This document shows positions 38,461 through 64,000 of a DNA stretch of 64,000 nucleotides, one piece after another. The stretch lies in the NCBI RefSeq assembly GCF_009914755.1, contig NC_060939.1, one strand, 5' to 3'. The notes below the pieces were generated by a model that did no database searches, was not told where the DNA came from, and saw only the letters and a list, made by a program, of their open reading frames with translations. Numbering within the stretch: position 1 is the stretch's first letter; each line of letters starts with the position of its first letter. Both the position numbers and the translations under genes were made by a program. Source of the DNA: the human T2T-CHM13v2.0 reference genome, Homo sapiens.

Positions 38461-39280
38461 AGTGGCAAAGAGTGAAAGTGAGGGACTGGCCTGGAGTGGG
38501 AGTTGCCACACTGCCCCAACAGTGATTCCCTTTCAAAGAGCTGTGCTTCCTAAACATTCTGGGGGGTTTTGCCAGAGTCTTCCCCTTGCTCATCCTCATT
38601 TCCAGGACACTGTCATTTTAGTGGTCTGAGTCAAGTCCCGTATACATTCAAGAACAGGGCATAGGCGTGGAAGGTCTGGAAAGTTGGGTCTTTTTCCCTT
38701 ACATTGGGTGACTTGATTGGCCCCCTCTCATGATTCCTCTGTGCCTCAGTTTCCTCTTTGGTAAAATGGGGGGAAATGTTTCTCCATGTGGAATGGAAGA
38801 CAGCATGGCCCACAACGTGGGCCGAGTCCTCAGAGAAATACTGGAAATCATTGGTGTGGTTCTGGTTGTTTTGTTGTTTTGCTGCCACGTTGTTGGGCTA
38901 AGGTGCCTTCACCCCAAGCTGTTAGTGTTCCAGGGCACCCCAAGCTGTCAGTTAGAATCTGCTCTTCTGGCTTTGGTGTCTTGGGCTTTGATTTCAGGTC
39001 AAGATGGAGGGGCTTCTCCAGTTCTGAGTCACCCACGTGAAGGTAAAGACCCTTTCTATTTCCAGAAAGTGTCAGGAGCACAGAAACTTGAGGAAGTACA
39101 GCCTGGAGCCAGTGTCCCAGTGTCCTTTCCATTGGTAAGAGTTGGACAGGGCCTTCAGGAAAGGGGTAAACCGAGGACATTTCAGTGCTTGCTTTTGTCT
39201 CTGCCTACTGTCCTGTGGTAGATCAGCTACCAGGGGAACACATTTGTTCTCGTGGGGTTTTGTCCTGGAGAGTGTAGTGA

Positions 39281-39810
<530 letters not shown>

Positions 39811-40114
39811 CAAGAACATTATTTTTAAAGAAGTGTTAACTTTGAGGACATATCTGTTCCCTGGAGATATTTGGGCTTGAATCAGGAGTTTGTCCTACAG
39901 GTGTCGCCCTTGATCTCAGGATGCTACCAGGGCTTTGTTCTCGGGATCCTCGCACCTGGAGAGTGAAGACGGGCATGACGGCAGGTGAAGGGGTTTGCTG
40001 TGAAGGAAGAGGAGATAAGGCATTTCCAGGAAATGGGAAACTGCCTCCTCCTACACATGGGGCCTGTGCTCAGAATGGGCTTAGTTCTTATAGGATGGAT
40101 GCTCAGTATTCCTT

Positions 40115-40120
40115 AATAAA
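40115..40120 (+). terminator. ZSCAN2: ZSCAN2 poly(A) signal
   Basis: AATAAA with a downstream U/GU-rich tract (tctgtcttttactgtgtt). Confidence 0.7.
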
Positions 40121-40176
40121 GTAGAGTTCCATTCTTTTCCTGAGTCTGTCTTTTACTGTGTTAAAAACCTGAACTA

Positions 40177-45252
<5,076 letters not shown>

Positions 45253-45267
45253 GATATATTAGCTACA

Positions 45268-45631
45268 ATGTTTAGTCTTCTCTCTTCATTGACAATAATT
45301 TGGCATCTGAACACATGGGGCCTCAGAGAGGACTGAGAACCCTGAAGTAGTTGCCTGAATTTGGAGCTACGGTACCAGTAGGGGTCCTTGAAAGCCCCCC
45401 CTGCAGATTACTTGAGCCCAGGAGTTCAAGACCAGCCTTGGCAACATGGCCAAACCTCATCTCTACAAAACGTACAAAAATTAGCCTGGCATGGTGGTGC
45501 GGGCCTATAGTCCCAGCTCTTCGGAGGTTGAGGCAGGAAGATTGCCTGAGTTCAGGGAGGCCAGGGCTGCAGTGAGCGATGATCAGGCCCAGAATCCAGC
45601 CGGGCAACAGAGAGAGACCCTGTCTCAAAAA

Positions 45632-45670
<39 letters not shown>

Positions 45671-46000
45671 AGGCCTCACCGACTTTCAGCTTCTCCTCCT
45701 AGTAAGTCCTCCTGAGCCCTGGACCTCTCGTTTGGTTGATGGTCCTTGGTTTATTGTGAGCTGTTGCTTTTTTTTTTTTTTCTCCTAGGAAGAGGTTGTT
45801 TAGGATCCTAATTGTAGTTCGGAGGTTCATTCTAAAGGTTCTTCTCGATTCCCTTTTTCTAAAGACAAGGAGAACGACCCCCTTGCAGGCACCCCGTTTG
45901 GTTTCTAGTTTGGAAGTGCATTCTAAAGGGTCTTCTCCATGGCTTTTTCTCCCAAATTAAGTTCAGTGGGTTTGTCTGCACTGAGACTTTTTGTTGACAC
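45268..46000 (+). mobile_element. ERV1 (MER4-group-like) LTR end plus 5' internal fragment, interrupted by a 5'-truncated Alu (~45405-45670)
   Basis: ...cattgaca LTR-like end followed by ataatttggc (PBS position); leader-like text with repeated cattctaaagg; Alu with (TAAA)n tail. Confidence 0.5.
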
Positions 46001-46244
46001 TAAGTTAAGAGGGATAGAAGGAATTTCCATGGCCCTGCTTCGCAACTGATTCTCTAGAAAGCCCTTTCTGTTATCCTGTCCTTCCCTCACCTAACCACAG
46101 GCTGCTCCTACTGTGGGGGCAAGCACAGCTCTCCCCACCTTCATTGAATTTGAACCTTTCATCTGTTAAATAAGAAGTGAAACCTACAATGCAGGGTTCC
46201 AGGTTTCCTTCTCAGAACCAAACCAGATAAAATGTGTAAAGTAG

Positions 46245-47580
<1,336 letters not shown>

Positions 47581-47599
47581 ATTTTTGTAAAGACCCCTC

Positions 47600-48000
47600 T
47601 CGCTCATACCACCAGGGCCGCGCAGGGCGAGAGATCTCCACCTCCCCTGGGAGGCAAGACCCACACCCTCCCAGGTGCGCGAGTTGTGGCTGCGGTTCGC
47701 GACCCCGCCCCACTTACCCAGCTGGTAGAAAAGTCCCACCTGTCATCAATGATTCGTCTGAAACGAATAGGCGCCTGAGATATTCTCCCATTTTATTGGC
47801 TAACGCTGCTGTCTGTCTTCGGGCGGCAGCCTCTGGGAAATGTAGTTCCGGAGAACACGGAGTCCTTCTGGGGCTAGGTTTTCCGCTTCCGGTGCTCAGT
47901 GGCTAGCCGAATAGCCGTGTTTGGGACCTGGGCTCGGGCTTCTTGCGTCCCTGCTAAGAACATGTCACGGGGCCGAATCGTCCGTATTCTCTCAGCTTCA
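47600..48000 (+). promoter_or_regulatory. SCAND2P: SCAND2P CpG promoter
   Basis: CpG-rich; GC box ~47703; reverse CCAAT at 47795-47799; reverse ACTACATTTCCCAG (ZNF143-type) at 47833-47846; ETS-like CTTCCGG ~47886. Confidence 0.75.
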
Positions 48001-48327
48001 AGCTCCTCTACTTTTCAACCAGGTCACTAGCCCTTGACTCCTCTTATCAAACTTCCGGAACTGCCACCCCACCAGTGACTCCACAGGCACCAGGGCATGC
48101 AACAGGGCTGGGACAGGAAGGCTCTCTTCTTCACCTCAAGCCTGCTGGGCTAACACTTGCGATTTTTACTAGAGTTAACTTTGTAATGTATGTCTCTGAC
48201 TCTAGAATTTCAAGAGAAGTTCCACTTAGTGACTCCTAAGTGGAAGTTCTAAGATGGCTTCCCAGTGAGGTGATGAAGAGGTTTGAGCTTTAGAGTGCAG
48301 TTGCAAAGCTCTTCTCTGACCTGAACA

Positions 48328-48726
48328 ATGGCTGTAGCTGTGGACCAACAAATCCAGACTCCTTCAGTACAAGATCTCCAAATAGTTAAACTGGAAGAAG
48401 ATTCCCACTGGGAGCAGGAAATTTCCCTTCAAGGGAATTACCCTGGACCAGAGACATCCTGCCAGAGCTTTTGGCATTTCCGTTACCAAGAAGCATCACG
48501 ACCCCGAGAGGCCCTCCTCCAGCTCCAGAAGCTCTGTTGTCAGTGGCTAAGGCCAGAGAAGTGTACAAAAGAGCAGATCCTGGAGTTGCTGGTCCTAGAA
48601 CAGTTCCCGACTGTCCTTCTCCAGGAGATCCAGATCTGGGTCAGACAGCAGCATCCGGAGAGTGGAGAGGAGGCAGTGGCCCTGGTGGAAGACTTGCAGA
48701 AAGAACCTGGAAGACAGAGGCTGGAG
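48328..48726 (+). pseudogene. SCAND2P: SCAND2P SCAN-domain exon (133 open codons)
   Basis: MAVAVDQQ...[43 protein letters not shown]...[15 protein letters not shown]; phase-0 donor GAG|gtgagc. Confidence 0.92.
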
Positions 48727-48985
48727 GTGAGCTATAAAAACATAGTTCCGAACAGTTAAAATAGAGGTATGTGAGAGACAGAGCTGCCTTGGGTTACTAG
48801 CAGTGTGGGCATACTTCACTATTGATGTTAAACTGGAATTTGCTTATTTCGTGGTCATGGTATCTGCAACTTTCCTTCCAAGTTCAGGCTGACTCTTCAG
48901 AGAATGCACAACATTGGCTGCTCTGAGTGTCCGTCCCTGCCATTAAGTAAGAAAATTGCTTAAAATGGTATGAGCCTCACTGTGA

Positions 48986-49588
<603 letters not shown>

Positions 49589-49637
49589 TTTCCTCTGCTT
49601 TTTTATGTTTGGGATGTTTAAGTTTTAGTCCCTACAG

Positions 49638-49850
49638 AATTTTGACCACTTCCAGTCCTTCAAGAGGGACAGGATGTGCTCTCAAAGAAGGAGCCCTCAG
49701 GATCAGTACTGAGTTCTCTAAACATCCATCCGAAGCAAGCACAGACAGAATCTGTCTGTTCCAGGCAATGGTGAAGTTCACAGCAGAACCAGAGGAACAG
49801 TTGAAGCACAGCCCCAAAATAGAACGAACTCTAGCCCGTCCGCAAGAGTG
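49638..49850 (+). pseudogene. SCAND2P: Decayed exon 2 of the ancestral SCAND2 zinc-finger gene
   Basis: Fragments VLQEGQDVLSKK and EPEEQLKHSPK resemble post-SCAN exons (GQEVL..K). The exon ends AAG AGT G|ataaga, read as a GT>AT dead donor. Confidence 0.5.
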
Positions 49851-50144
49851 ATAAGAAATCGCAGTGTGGGCCCACGCGCGCCGCACGGCCGGGTCGCCGC
49901 CGTACCGTGGTGTACGTGCAGAATGCGCAGAGCGAGCGGCACCCGCTTACCCTGCGCTCCTCCGCAGCCTGGGCCGGGCCGCCCGGGACGCTGAGGCGGT
50001 GGCGGCAGCCGAGGGGGCCGGTCTTGCGCTCCGCAGGCTCGCGCGCCCGAGCCCGGGTTGCCGTTCGCCGCACAGGCCGCGTTCTCTCAGCCCACGGCGG
50101 CGATTAGGCGCTGAGGCGGCCGCCTGCGCTGCGCCGGAGCCTAG

Positions 50145-50789
<645 letters not shown>

Positions 50790-50853
50790 TAAAGAACGGG
50801 ATGCCAAGGTAAGTGGAGGTATACTTCGAATTTTTCTAGAAGGTAAAGCCTAG

Positions 50854-50997
<144 letters not shown>

Positions 50998-51829
50998 TAA
51001 AATATCTAACAGGTGAAAAAGGTGTGAGGATTGAACTCAATAAACCTTCAGATTCAGTCAGTAAAGACGTCTTATAGAGCCTTTGATCCAGCAATACCCC
51101 ACTTCACCTACAATAATTGTTGACGCTATTTGTTAATTTGTGAATACGAATAAATGGGATAAAGAAAAATAGACAACCAGTTCGCATTTTAGTAAGGAAA
51201 CAAACAACTTTGTGTGTTGCATCAAACAGAAGATTCTGACTGCTGTGACTTTGTACCGCATGATCAACTTAGAATCTGTGATTGCTTACAGGAAGAAGAT
51301 AAGCTACTAATAGAAAATGTTTTTACCTCTGGATATGAAATAAGTGCCCTGTGTAGAATTTTTTTCATTCTTATATTTTGCCAGATCTGTTACGTAGCTG
51401 AGTTAATTTCATCTCTACTTTTTTAATATATGTCAAGTTTGAATTGGAATAATTTTTCTATGATTGGGTACAATTTATCAAAACTGAATTGAGAAAAAAT
51501 TACAGTATTTCTCAAAATAACGTCAATCTATTTTTGTAAACCTCTTCATACTATTAAATTTTGCCCTAAAAGACCTCTTAATAATGATTGTTGCCAGTGA
51601 CTGATTAATTTTATTTTACTTAAAATAAGAAAAGGAGCACTTTAATTACAACTGAAAAATCAGATTGTTTTGCAGTCCTTCCTATCTTACACTAATTTGA
51701 ACTCTTAAAGATTGCTGCTTTTTTTTGATATTGTCAATAATGAAACCCAATTGTAAAACAGTCACCATTTACTACCAGTAACTTTTAGTTAATGTCTTAC
51801 AAGGAAAAAGACACAATAAGAAGAGTTTA

Positions 51830-52043
51830 ATTTTTTTTTTTTTTTTTGAGTCTTGCTCTGTTACCCAGGCTGGAGTGCAGTGGTGCATTCTCAGCTCACT
51901 GCAACCCCACTGTCTCCCAGGTTCAAGCAATCCTCCCGCCTCAGCCTCACAACTAGCTGGGACTACAGGCACATACCACCATGCCTGGCTAATTTTTGTA
52001 TTTTTAGTAGAGACTGGGTTTCACCATGTTGCCTAGGCTGGGG
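51830..52043 (-). mobile_element. Truncated Alu within the retrocopy 3'UTR
   Basis: Poly-T then reverse Alu text; flanked by gtttaattttt / gttaaattttt. Confidence 0.85.
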
Positions 52044-52901
52044 TTTAAGTTAAATTTTTTTAAAAACTAAAGTGACTGGCACTAAGTGAACTTGAGATTA
52101 TCCTCAGCTTCAAGTTCCTAAGATAAGGGCTTTCTTAAGCTTTCAGATACATGTATCCTCTAGATGTAGACAATAATGTCCCATTTCTAAGTCTTTTCCT
52201 TTGCTTCTCCTTAAGTTGATTGTACTTCCAAATTTGCTGTTATTTTTTTTCCTAATACTGTGATTTATTTGATCTACAGACAGGAACCTTGTCTCTGTTG
52301 AAGAGCATCAAGGGAAGATTACATACGCCTTGAAACCGAAGTGTGTTGTTACCGACTTAATGTGCAGTAACTCCTCAGATATCTGTTAAGGCACTTCCCA
52401 GATGTGATGCCAGTCTTCTTACCTGTACTGAAAGATGTTTAGCTTAGAAAAAAAAAAAAGTGCAAAATCAGATTTAAAAAAAAAAAAAGTAGCAGCAGTG
52501 TGGGGAGGAAGGAAGTACCCTTCTGTGGGGAGGGCATAGAAGTACTCTGTGAGTGCAGAAAGTGGGGTAGAAGGTACAGCTCCCTTCTACTTAGAAGATT
52601 GGTGTGTTGACCTCAGGCTGACCGCATGAATTTCTGGGATCCTAAATGGGCACCTCCAAAGTGAAGAAGGACCTCGGTTGGCATGTTTTGTAAAACAACA
52701 TAGGGGAGCCTGTAGCACCTTTCCTTATGTGAGTCAGAGATTACCGGTCCCAATAGGTTACAGTTGGAGACAGATTTTAGGTCTGGTTGGTGGGAAGGGC
52801 AAAAGGGTAGGGTTAAACTAAGGTGCAGTAATCCTTAAAACAGTTAAGTGTCCCCAGACCAATTTAGATGACTCAGGTGTGTTATCAAAACTGAAAAACA
52901 A

Positions 52902-53664
<763 letters not shown>

Positions 53665-53768
53665 CTAAGAGGGGGAGGAAAGGCTGTTCTGTGTCTGAAC
53701 CCAGTTGGGCTAGTCCCCAAGAGGAGCTGAGAGCCATGTACTCTAATGCCTCCCTTTTCTTCCCCCAG

Positions 53769-53842
53769 CCCTGCCTGATGTGGCTCTGGGAATTCCTGCA
53801 GAGAAGAGCAGGGGTGGCCAGGAGATAGTGAGCAGCTCCCAG
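53769..53842 (+). pseudogene. SCAND2P: Ancestral SCAND2 linker exon
   Basis: Acceptor ccttttcttcccccag| and donor CAG|gtgagt; phase 1 to 0; (A)LPDVALGIPAEKSRGGQEIVSSSQ resembles the pre-KRAB exon of SCAN-KRAB genes. Confidence 0.7.
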
Positions 53843-53984
53843 GTGAGTCAGCCATTTCTCTTATATAGATCACCTTTTCTCTCTCTCTTTTTTTTTTAAT
53901 AGAAATATAACTCTTGAGGCACAGCTCAGTTTTCTCCTTTTGGGAAAACGATTAAGTCATTTGTCTTTACAGATTATATTTCTT

Positions 53985-54160
53985 TTTTTTAAAATTTTCT
54001 CTTTTTATTATACTTTAAGTTCTGGGGTACATGTGCAGAACATGCAGGTTTGTTACATAGGTACACACGTGCCATGGTGGTTTGCTGCACCCACCAACCC
54101 ATCGTCTACATTAGGTATTTCTCCTAATGCTCTCCCTCCCCTAGCCCCCAATCCCCCTCA
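53985..54160 (-). mobile_element. L1PA 3' terminal fragment
   Basis: ttattatactttaagttctggggtacatgtgcagaacatgcaggtttgttacatagg. Confidence 0.88.
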
Positions 54161-54775
54161 GGTCACCTTTTACTACCCAAGTGGGGCTCCTGCAACCAAC
54201 TCTCTTGCCGCTCAGAAATTCCAAAAGAATTTTACCCAGCAGGGAGGCCCAGTAACTTTACAATTTAGGCTCCAAAATTTCATCAGCCTGCAAAAGGTTG
54301 CCCAAATCTCCTTACCCATATGAGGCCAGTGCCATGGCTGTGGTAATGAGGGATTGCATTAAAATTATTCTTTTCTTTGACCCTGAAATCATCAGATTCT
54401 ACTGATCTGCTTGTTTGCCTTAAAGATACTGGTTACTTCATTCTGTGTCGGGATCTTGCTCACATGGCATGCAGTACTGTGTAGTGGAGGAAAAAAAACA
54501 AAAACCAAAAGCTTCAGAGTCCAACAGCCTTGAGTTGAATTCCCAGCCATACCCTGGACTTGCTGTGTAACTCTGGGCAAGTCTGAGAAGCTTCTGGCTC
54601 AGTGCATAATGTCAGCTTGTTTCTTTTCTGTCTCCTCCTGCCCGCTTGATTGCATTTAAAAGCCAAAATAATCACTGTTTCATTTCTTCTGTTGTGTCAC
54701 TTGCCCTGACTCAGGCATTAGAGAGGCATTTTGTTCTGAGGCCATGTGTTTTGAGAAGGGGTGTTGTTTCCTCAG

Positions 54776-54899
54776 GAGCTAGTGACACCTGGTGATTCGG
54801 CTGTGTATATCTCCTAGGAGGCATGGAGGGATCCAGAACCTGGACTGAAGAACCACCTAGAAATAACTCAGCAGAATTCTGAAAATGAGGTCACGCTGG
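54776..54899 (+). pseudogene. SCAND2P: Decayed KRAB-A exon of ancestral SCAND2
   Basis: Acceptor tgtttcctcag| and donor G|gtaaga; phase 0 to 1; ELVTPGDSAVYIS*EAWRDPEP...QQNSENEVTLG vs the KRAB-A pattern VTFEDVAVYFS.EEW..L.P...ENY.NLVSLG; TAG at 54815-54817. Confidence 0.8.
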
Positions 54900-55019
54900 G
54901 TAAGAATGCCTTTTTTTTTTTTTCATAGTCAAAGTTAGCTATGGAGTTTCTGTAGTATTCACTACTCCAGACCTTTTTCAAGTTGAATTTTTTTCTTTTT
55001 CCCTATGTCTGTTCTTACG

Positions 55020-55575
55020 TATTTTTTTTAAACTTTTATTTCAGTAGTGTTTGGGGAACAAGTAGTGTTTGGTTGCATGGAAAAGTTCTTCAGTGGTGAT
55101 TTCTGAGATTTTGGTGCACCCATCACCCAAGGGTAGTCTTTTTTATCCATCAAGTCTGTACCCAATGTGTAGTCTTTGTTTTTTTCTTTTTTTTTTTTTT
55201 GAGACTGAGTCTCATTCTATCACCCAGGCTGGAGTGGAGTGGTATGATCTTGACTCACTGCAACATCTGCCTCCCGGGTTCAAGTGATTCTCCTGCCTCA
55301 GCCTCCTGAGTCGCTGGGATTACAGAGATGTGCCACCACGCCCAGCTAATTTTTGTATTTTTTTTTTTTTTTTTGGCAGAGATGGGGTTTCACCATGTTG
55401 GCCAGGCTGGTCTTGAACTCCTGACCTTAAGTAATCTGCCTGCCTCGGCCTCCCAAAGTGCTGGGATTACAGGCCTGAGCCACCACGGGGCCCCAGTGTG
55501 CAGTCTTTTATCCCCTCAGTCTGTACCCAGTGTGTAGTCTTTTATCCCTCACCCCCCTGCTCCCACCCTTTCCCC
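55020..55575 (-). mobile_element. L1PB-like 3' fragment interrupted by Alu (~55180-55493)
   Basis: L1PB 3' text (gtggtgatttctgagattttggtgcacccatcacc); Alu consensus. Confidence 0.8.
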
Positions 55576-55927
55576 CTGGGTTGAATATTTCAAATCTATT
55601 TCTTCCTTAAATCTTACTCAAAGGAAATCCAATACCATAGTCAGTTTCACCAAGGATGAATTTCTTGACCCAGAAAGGAAAGCTCATTTTAGGGAGATGG
55701 TCAGTTTAGGTATGTGTCTGAATTTTATTTAAGATAGATGAACGTGGATATATAGTTATGCATTTGGGCCTGAATTTTTTTTTCTAGTTGTTCTTTTCAC
55801 TGAGCTTTCCCAAGAATCCCCCCAGAATTAAAAAAAAAAAATTACTATCTCCTCTCCCTGGCATATAAAATGGTTGGGATTAGATTTACCAAACCATTAC
55901 ATCTCCCTTTTGTCTGCCTGCAAACAG

Positions 55928-56575
55928 ATTTTCCAATCCATAGGCCCAAAGTGAACTCCCACGTGGAGTAGGATGAAAACCCACAGCATCTAGATCTTCA
56001 AATTCTGGAGAAAAAGAGAGTGTGAAAGACTGCTCAGTGGCTGGGGTGAGAGTCAAGTCTGGCCAGGTGCTAATCTGGAGAAAAGCCAAGACCTGGAGCG
56101 AGCTGGAGTGGCAGGCCCTGGAGGATGAGAAGGTGGCAGGAGTGCACTGGGGATACAAAGAAACCAAGATTTTTCTGGGAATTCTCAGAGGCCTGGATCC
56201 ACGAAAAACTCCGCACCTGCCATCGAAACCACCAGGTGTACCGGATTATGGCTGAGCAGCTGTGAGAACATGGCTTCCTGTGGACCCTGGAGCAATGTTG
56301 CTATCGGTTCAAAAACCTCCTGACCGACTACTGCAAAGCCAGGAGCACCTACACACCAGGCACCAGTGTCTTCTATGATGAGATGGATGCCCTGTTGAGT
56401 CTTGGGGCACTTTCTAACACCTTTGATGCCTTAGAGGTGGTAGGAGGCCTTCTTTGGGATTGAGAGGATTCCAAAGGGAACCAGGGCATAGCACTAGAAG
56501 ATGTGGCGGGATGGTAATGAAATAGTGGAGGAGTCTCAAGAGGAATCCTGGAGGCTTGGTCCCCAGGCCTTGAGG
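55928..56575 (+). pseudogene. SCAND2P: Decayed exon with KRAB-B-like start and Myb/SANT-like (trihelix) domain (56121-56400); 3' end approximate
   Basis: Acceptor ...caaacag|, phase 1; DFPIHRPKVNSHVE*; EDEKVAGVHWGYKETKIFLGIL / EAWIHEKLRTCHRNHQVYRIMAEQL*EHGFLWTLEQCCYRFKNLLTDY...FYDEMDALLS; frameshift ~56187; TGA at 56263-56265. Confidence 0.85.
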
Positions 56576-56826
56576 TGGAATCCCAGTGGCAACTCTCCCC
56601 CACAATGGACCTCAGAGCAGTGGGAGCGACGCAGTCCTGTGGGAAGCATTCAGGCTCAGAATCAGGAGATGTGATTATTGTCCTGGCTCTGTTATGACTA
56701 ATTTGGGTCTGGAATGGCCTCATCGGGGGAAAAATTGGTGACAACTTTAAGAAATACTGTTTATATCCCGTCCTCAAATATTGCTTGACTCAACCCTCTA
56801 CTGAACCAGTAGTCCAGGGTGGCTCA

Positions 56827-57237
<411 letters not shown>

Positions 57238-57574
57238 TTAAATACCCTTAGCCTCCATTTTCTCATCTGGACAGTGGACATTGTGATGGTTTCTACCTCC
57301 CTGGGCTGTTATGAGGATCCTGACACAGTATTAGCACTTGGCAAACGTTAGTTTTCATTATCATCATCATTATAATTATTATGAAAATAGATAAGGGCAT
57401 TATCCTGTACCCTCAAAGGAGTAAAAGGGGGAAAATGAGTCATTAAACTTTCTCTTCTGGGAACTAGACCTTCTTGAGAGGCACTATCATTCTCATTTCA
57501 CCTGTCACTTCCAGACATGGGAGCAGAAAGTGAATTTCAGAACTCCATGTCCCCTCCTGCTTTTCTCTGAGCAG

Positions 57575-57682
57575 GACTTCCAGTTCCCCAGCCAGATGGG
57601 GTCACAATGCTGCAGAAAAGTGAAGAGCTTTGGAATGAAGATCTCCCGGACTTCAAGGAGATTCAGAAAACGTCCAGTGCAG
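57575..57682 (+). pseudogene. SCAND2P: KRAB-B-like exon of ancestral SCAND2 (still open)
   Basis: Acceptor cttttctctgagcag| and donor G|gtggga; phase 1 to 1; GLPVPQPDGVTMLQKSEELWNEDL. Confidence 0.72.
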
Positions 57683-57910
57683 GTGGGAAATGAATGGGAG
57701 CTAGCATTCCACCAACAAAGTCAGCCCTGGGATTCTAAACTCGGACAAGCCAGCACTGGTTAAGGGCTGAGGGGAACCAGGCACTCAGTGCACCCAGTTT
57801 ACTATTCTGTGGTGTGGAAAGCACAGGACTTGAGAAGCAGGTGGCACCCAGGAAAGCCTGTTCCCCTAAGTAAGTTTGAACTTTAGTTACTTGAAAAAAG
57901 GTATAACTGA

Positions 57911-59320
<1,410 letters not shown>

Positions 59321-59515
59321 CACTTTAATATTCACTATGGGCCCTCAAAAGGAAATGTTTGTGGGGCCACCAAAAGCAAATGTCTCTTGAACCTAGTCAC
59401 CTGGGGGGACAAGTGTGGGAAAGTGCACCTGTGTTCCCATGAGACCCACTCAAGAGGAGCAGAAATCCTGTTTTGCTATTTCCTTAATTGCTACTAGGGC
59501 TGGGATTTTTTCATG

Positions 59516-59521
59516 TTTATT
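59516..59521 (-). terminator. WDR73: Candidate WDR73 poly(A) signal
   Basis: TTTATT on plus = AATAAA on minus, ~370 nt past the stop; ATTAAA alternative at 59324-59329. Confidence 0.55.
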
Positions 59522-59889
59522 GGCCCCTCTACATTTTTTTCTTTAAAAAAATTCACAAAGCATGTTTATATTTGTTAGCTCTTTTGATTCTCCCTATGAT
59601 AGTGTGAAGACAGGGACAAAACGCTACCATTTCACACTCCCAGATCTAACAATAGCTACCAAGTAATTATGCCATGCGTTTCTTCTAACCTTCGCAATAT
59701 CACTACGAGGTAGTTCTTACTATCCTCATTTTACAGATAAGGAAACTGAGGCTAAGTGACGCTGGCAGACTTGCCCAAGGCCACACAGCTGGTAACAGGG
59801 ACTGGTAGTCACTTGAGTCCTACATCAGCACCCTTGCTACTACAGCAGCTCCTCCCCTTTCTAGAGGCCTAGATGGAAAGATGCTGGTG

Positions 59890-60180
<291 letters not shown>

Positions 60181-60204
60181 CTAATTTTATTTTAAAATAA
60201 TTTT

Positions 60205-61580
<1,376 letters not shown>

Positions 61581-61803
61581 CTGTCCCCTTTTCTTTCTGA
61601 CCCAGCCCGATGTCTGTCCCAGTGTCTTACTGTCTGCAGGCCCCTCCACCAACCTGAGACCTGAATTCCTGCTAGGCTAGGAAAGGCCTGCTGCCAATGT
61701 GTGGAAGTTTAGTAGCCAGGGTAGGAAAAGGCCTGCCACTGAAGAACCTGGAGAGTTCGAATTTCTCTGTGAGCAACTTTAACTCCTGGAGCCAGGTTTA
61801 TCA

Positions 61804-62364
<561 letters not shown>

Positions 62365-62483
62365 TCACATCTCCCTTCCCACTCATCTCACCATTGTCTG
62401 CTCAGCTGGTTGGGTGCTGGTCCCTGGGACTGCCTAATCCTGCCCCAGCATAGGAGCCCTTAGAGGCCAGGGCTTACCTCTTA

Positions 62484-62801
<318 letters not shown>

Positions 62802-63203
62802 TTAATGAAGGTTTGAAACATGACAGGCTGCCAGCTGTCTTCCCCTGTACATTTAGAAGATCAAGGAAGAAAAGGAGCTGCCGGCTGGCAAGAGATGATG
62901 TTGAGACATAACTACTCTGGCTTATGTTTACATTTTTGAAACCATCAGAAACATTTCAATTTCTTTATTATTTGTCTTATAAACTGTTTTTTGCAAATGG
63001 AAGACAATGCCATCTCAAAACCCAAAAAGCAATTCTGGCTTTTTATACTTTTGTGGAGAACAGGTAGAAGACAAGAAAAGGAATGAACATGCTGCTGATG
63101 TCACTTACCCCTTCAGCGACAAGAAACAGGTACAGAATTCATGAACTGATATTATTTCTTCAAAAACATGTTCCATGACCTCGAGTGACTTGCTAAAGCC
63201 TAG

Positions 63204-64000
<797 letters not shown>

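Noticed and set aside
59321-59365. [15 protein letters not shown] as a further zinc-finger remnant
   Set aside because: Too degenerate to distinguish from chance without an orthologue alignment.

Overview
Alu-rich mammalian DNA. The proteins match what I recall of the human ZSCAN2-SCAND2P-WDR73 locus (chr15q25.2); no database search was run. (1) Bases 1-16.8 kb are intergenic and repeat-rich: old L1s, MaLR/MER21 LTRs, Alus, and an orphan CpG-rich element at ~4.5 kb with a CTCF-like motif and G-tracts. (2) ZSCAN2 (+) is complete: CpG-island promoter, a SCAN exon and a 14-finger C2H2 exon giving 614 aa, plus two alternative terminal exons giving finger-less 150-aa and 146-aa products. (3) SCAND2P (+) has an open SCAN exon that can splice into an EGLN1/PHD2 processed pseudogene read in a shifted frame (306-aa chimera). 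(4) The last three coding exons of WDR73 (-) end the window. The most interesting structure is not in the ORF track. The retrocopy's host can be reconstructed exon by exon as a decayed SCAN-linker-KRAB-A-Myb/SANT-KRAB-B-C2H2 gene of the ZKSCAN2/ZSCAN20/ZSCAN29/ZSCAN32 type. The retrocopy landed at that gene's exon-2 donor and supplied its own 3' splice site, a perfect 5' splice site, a CpG island and an HRE core. There is no prokaryote-type system (CRISPR etc.). Repeat boundaries and subfamilies are by-eye estimates.
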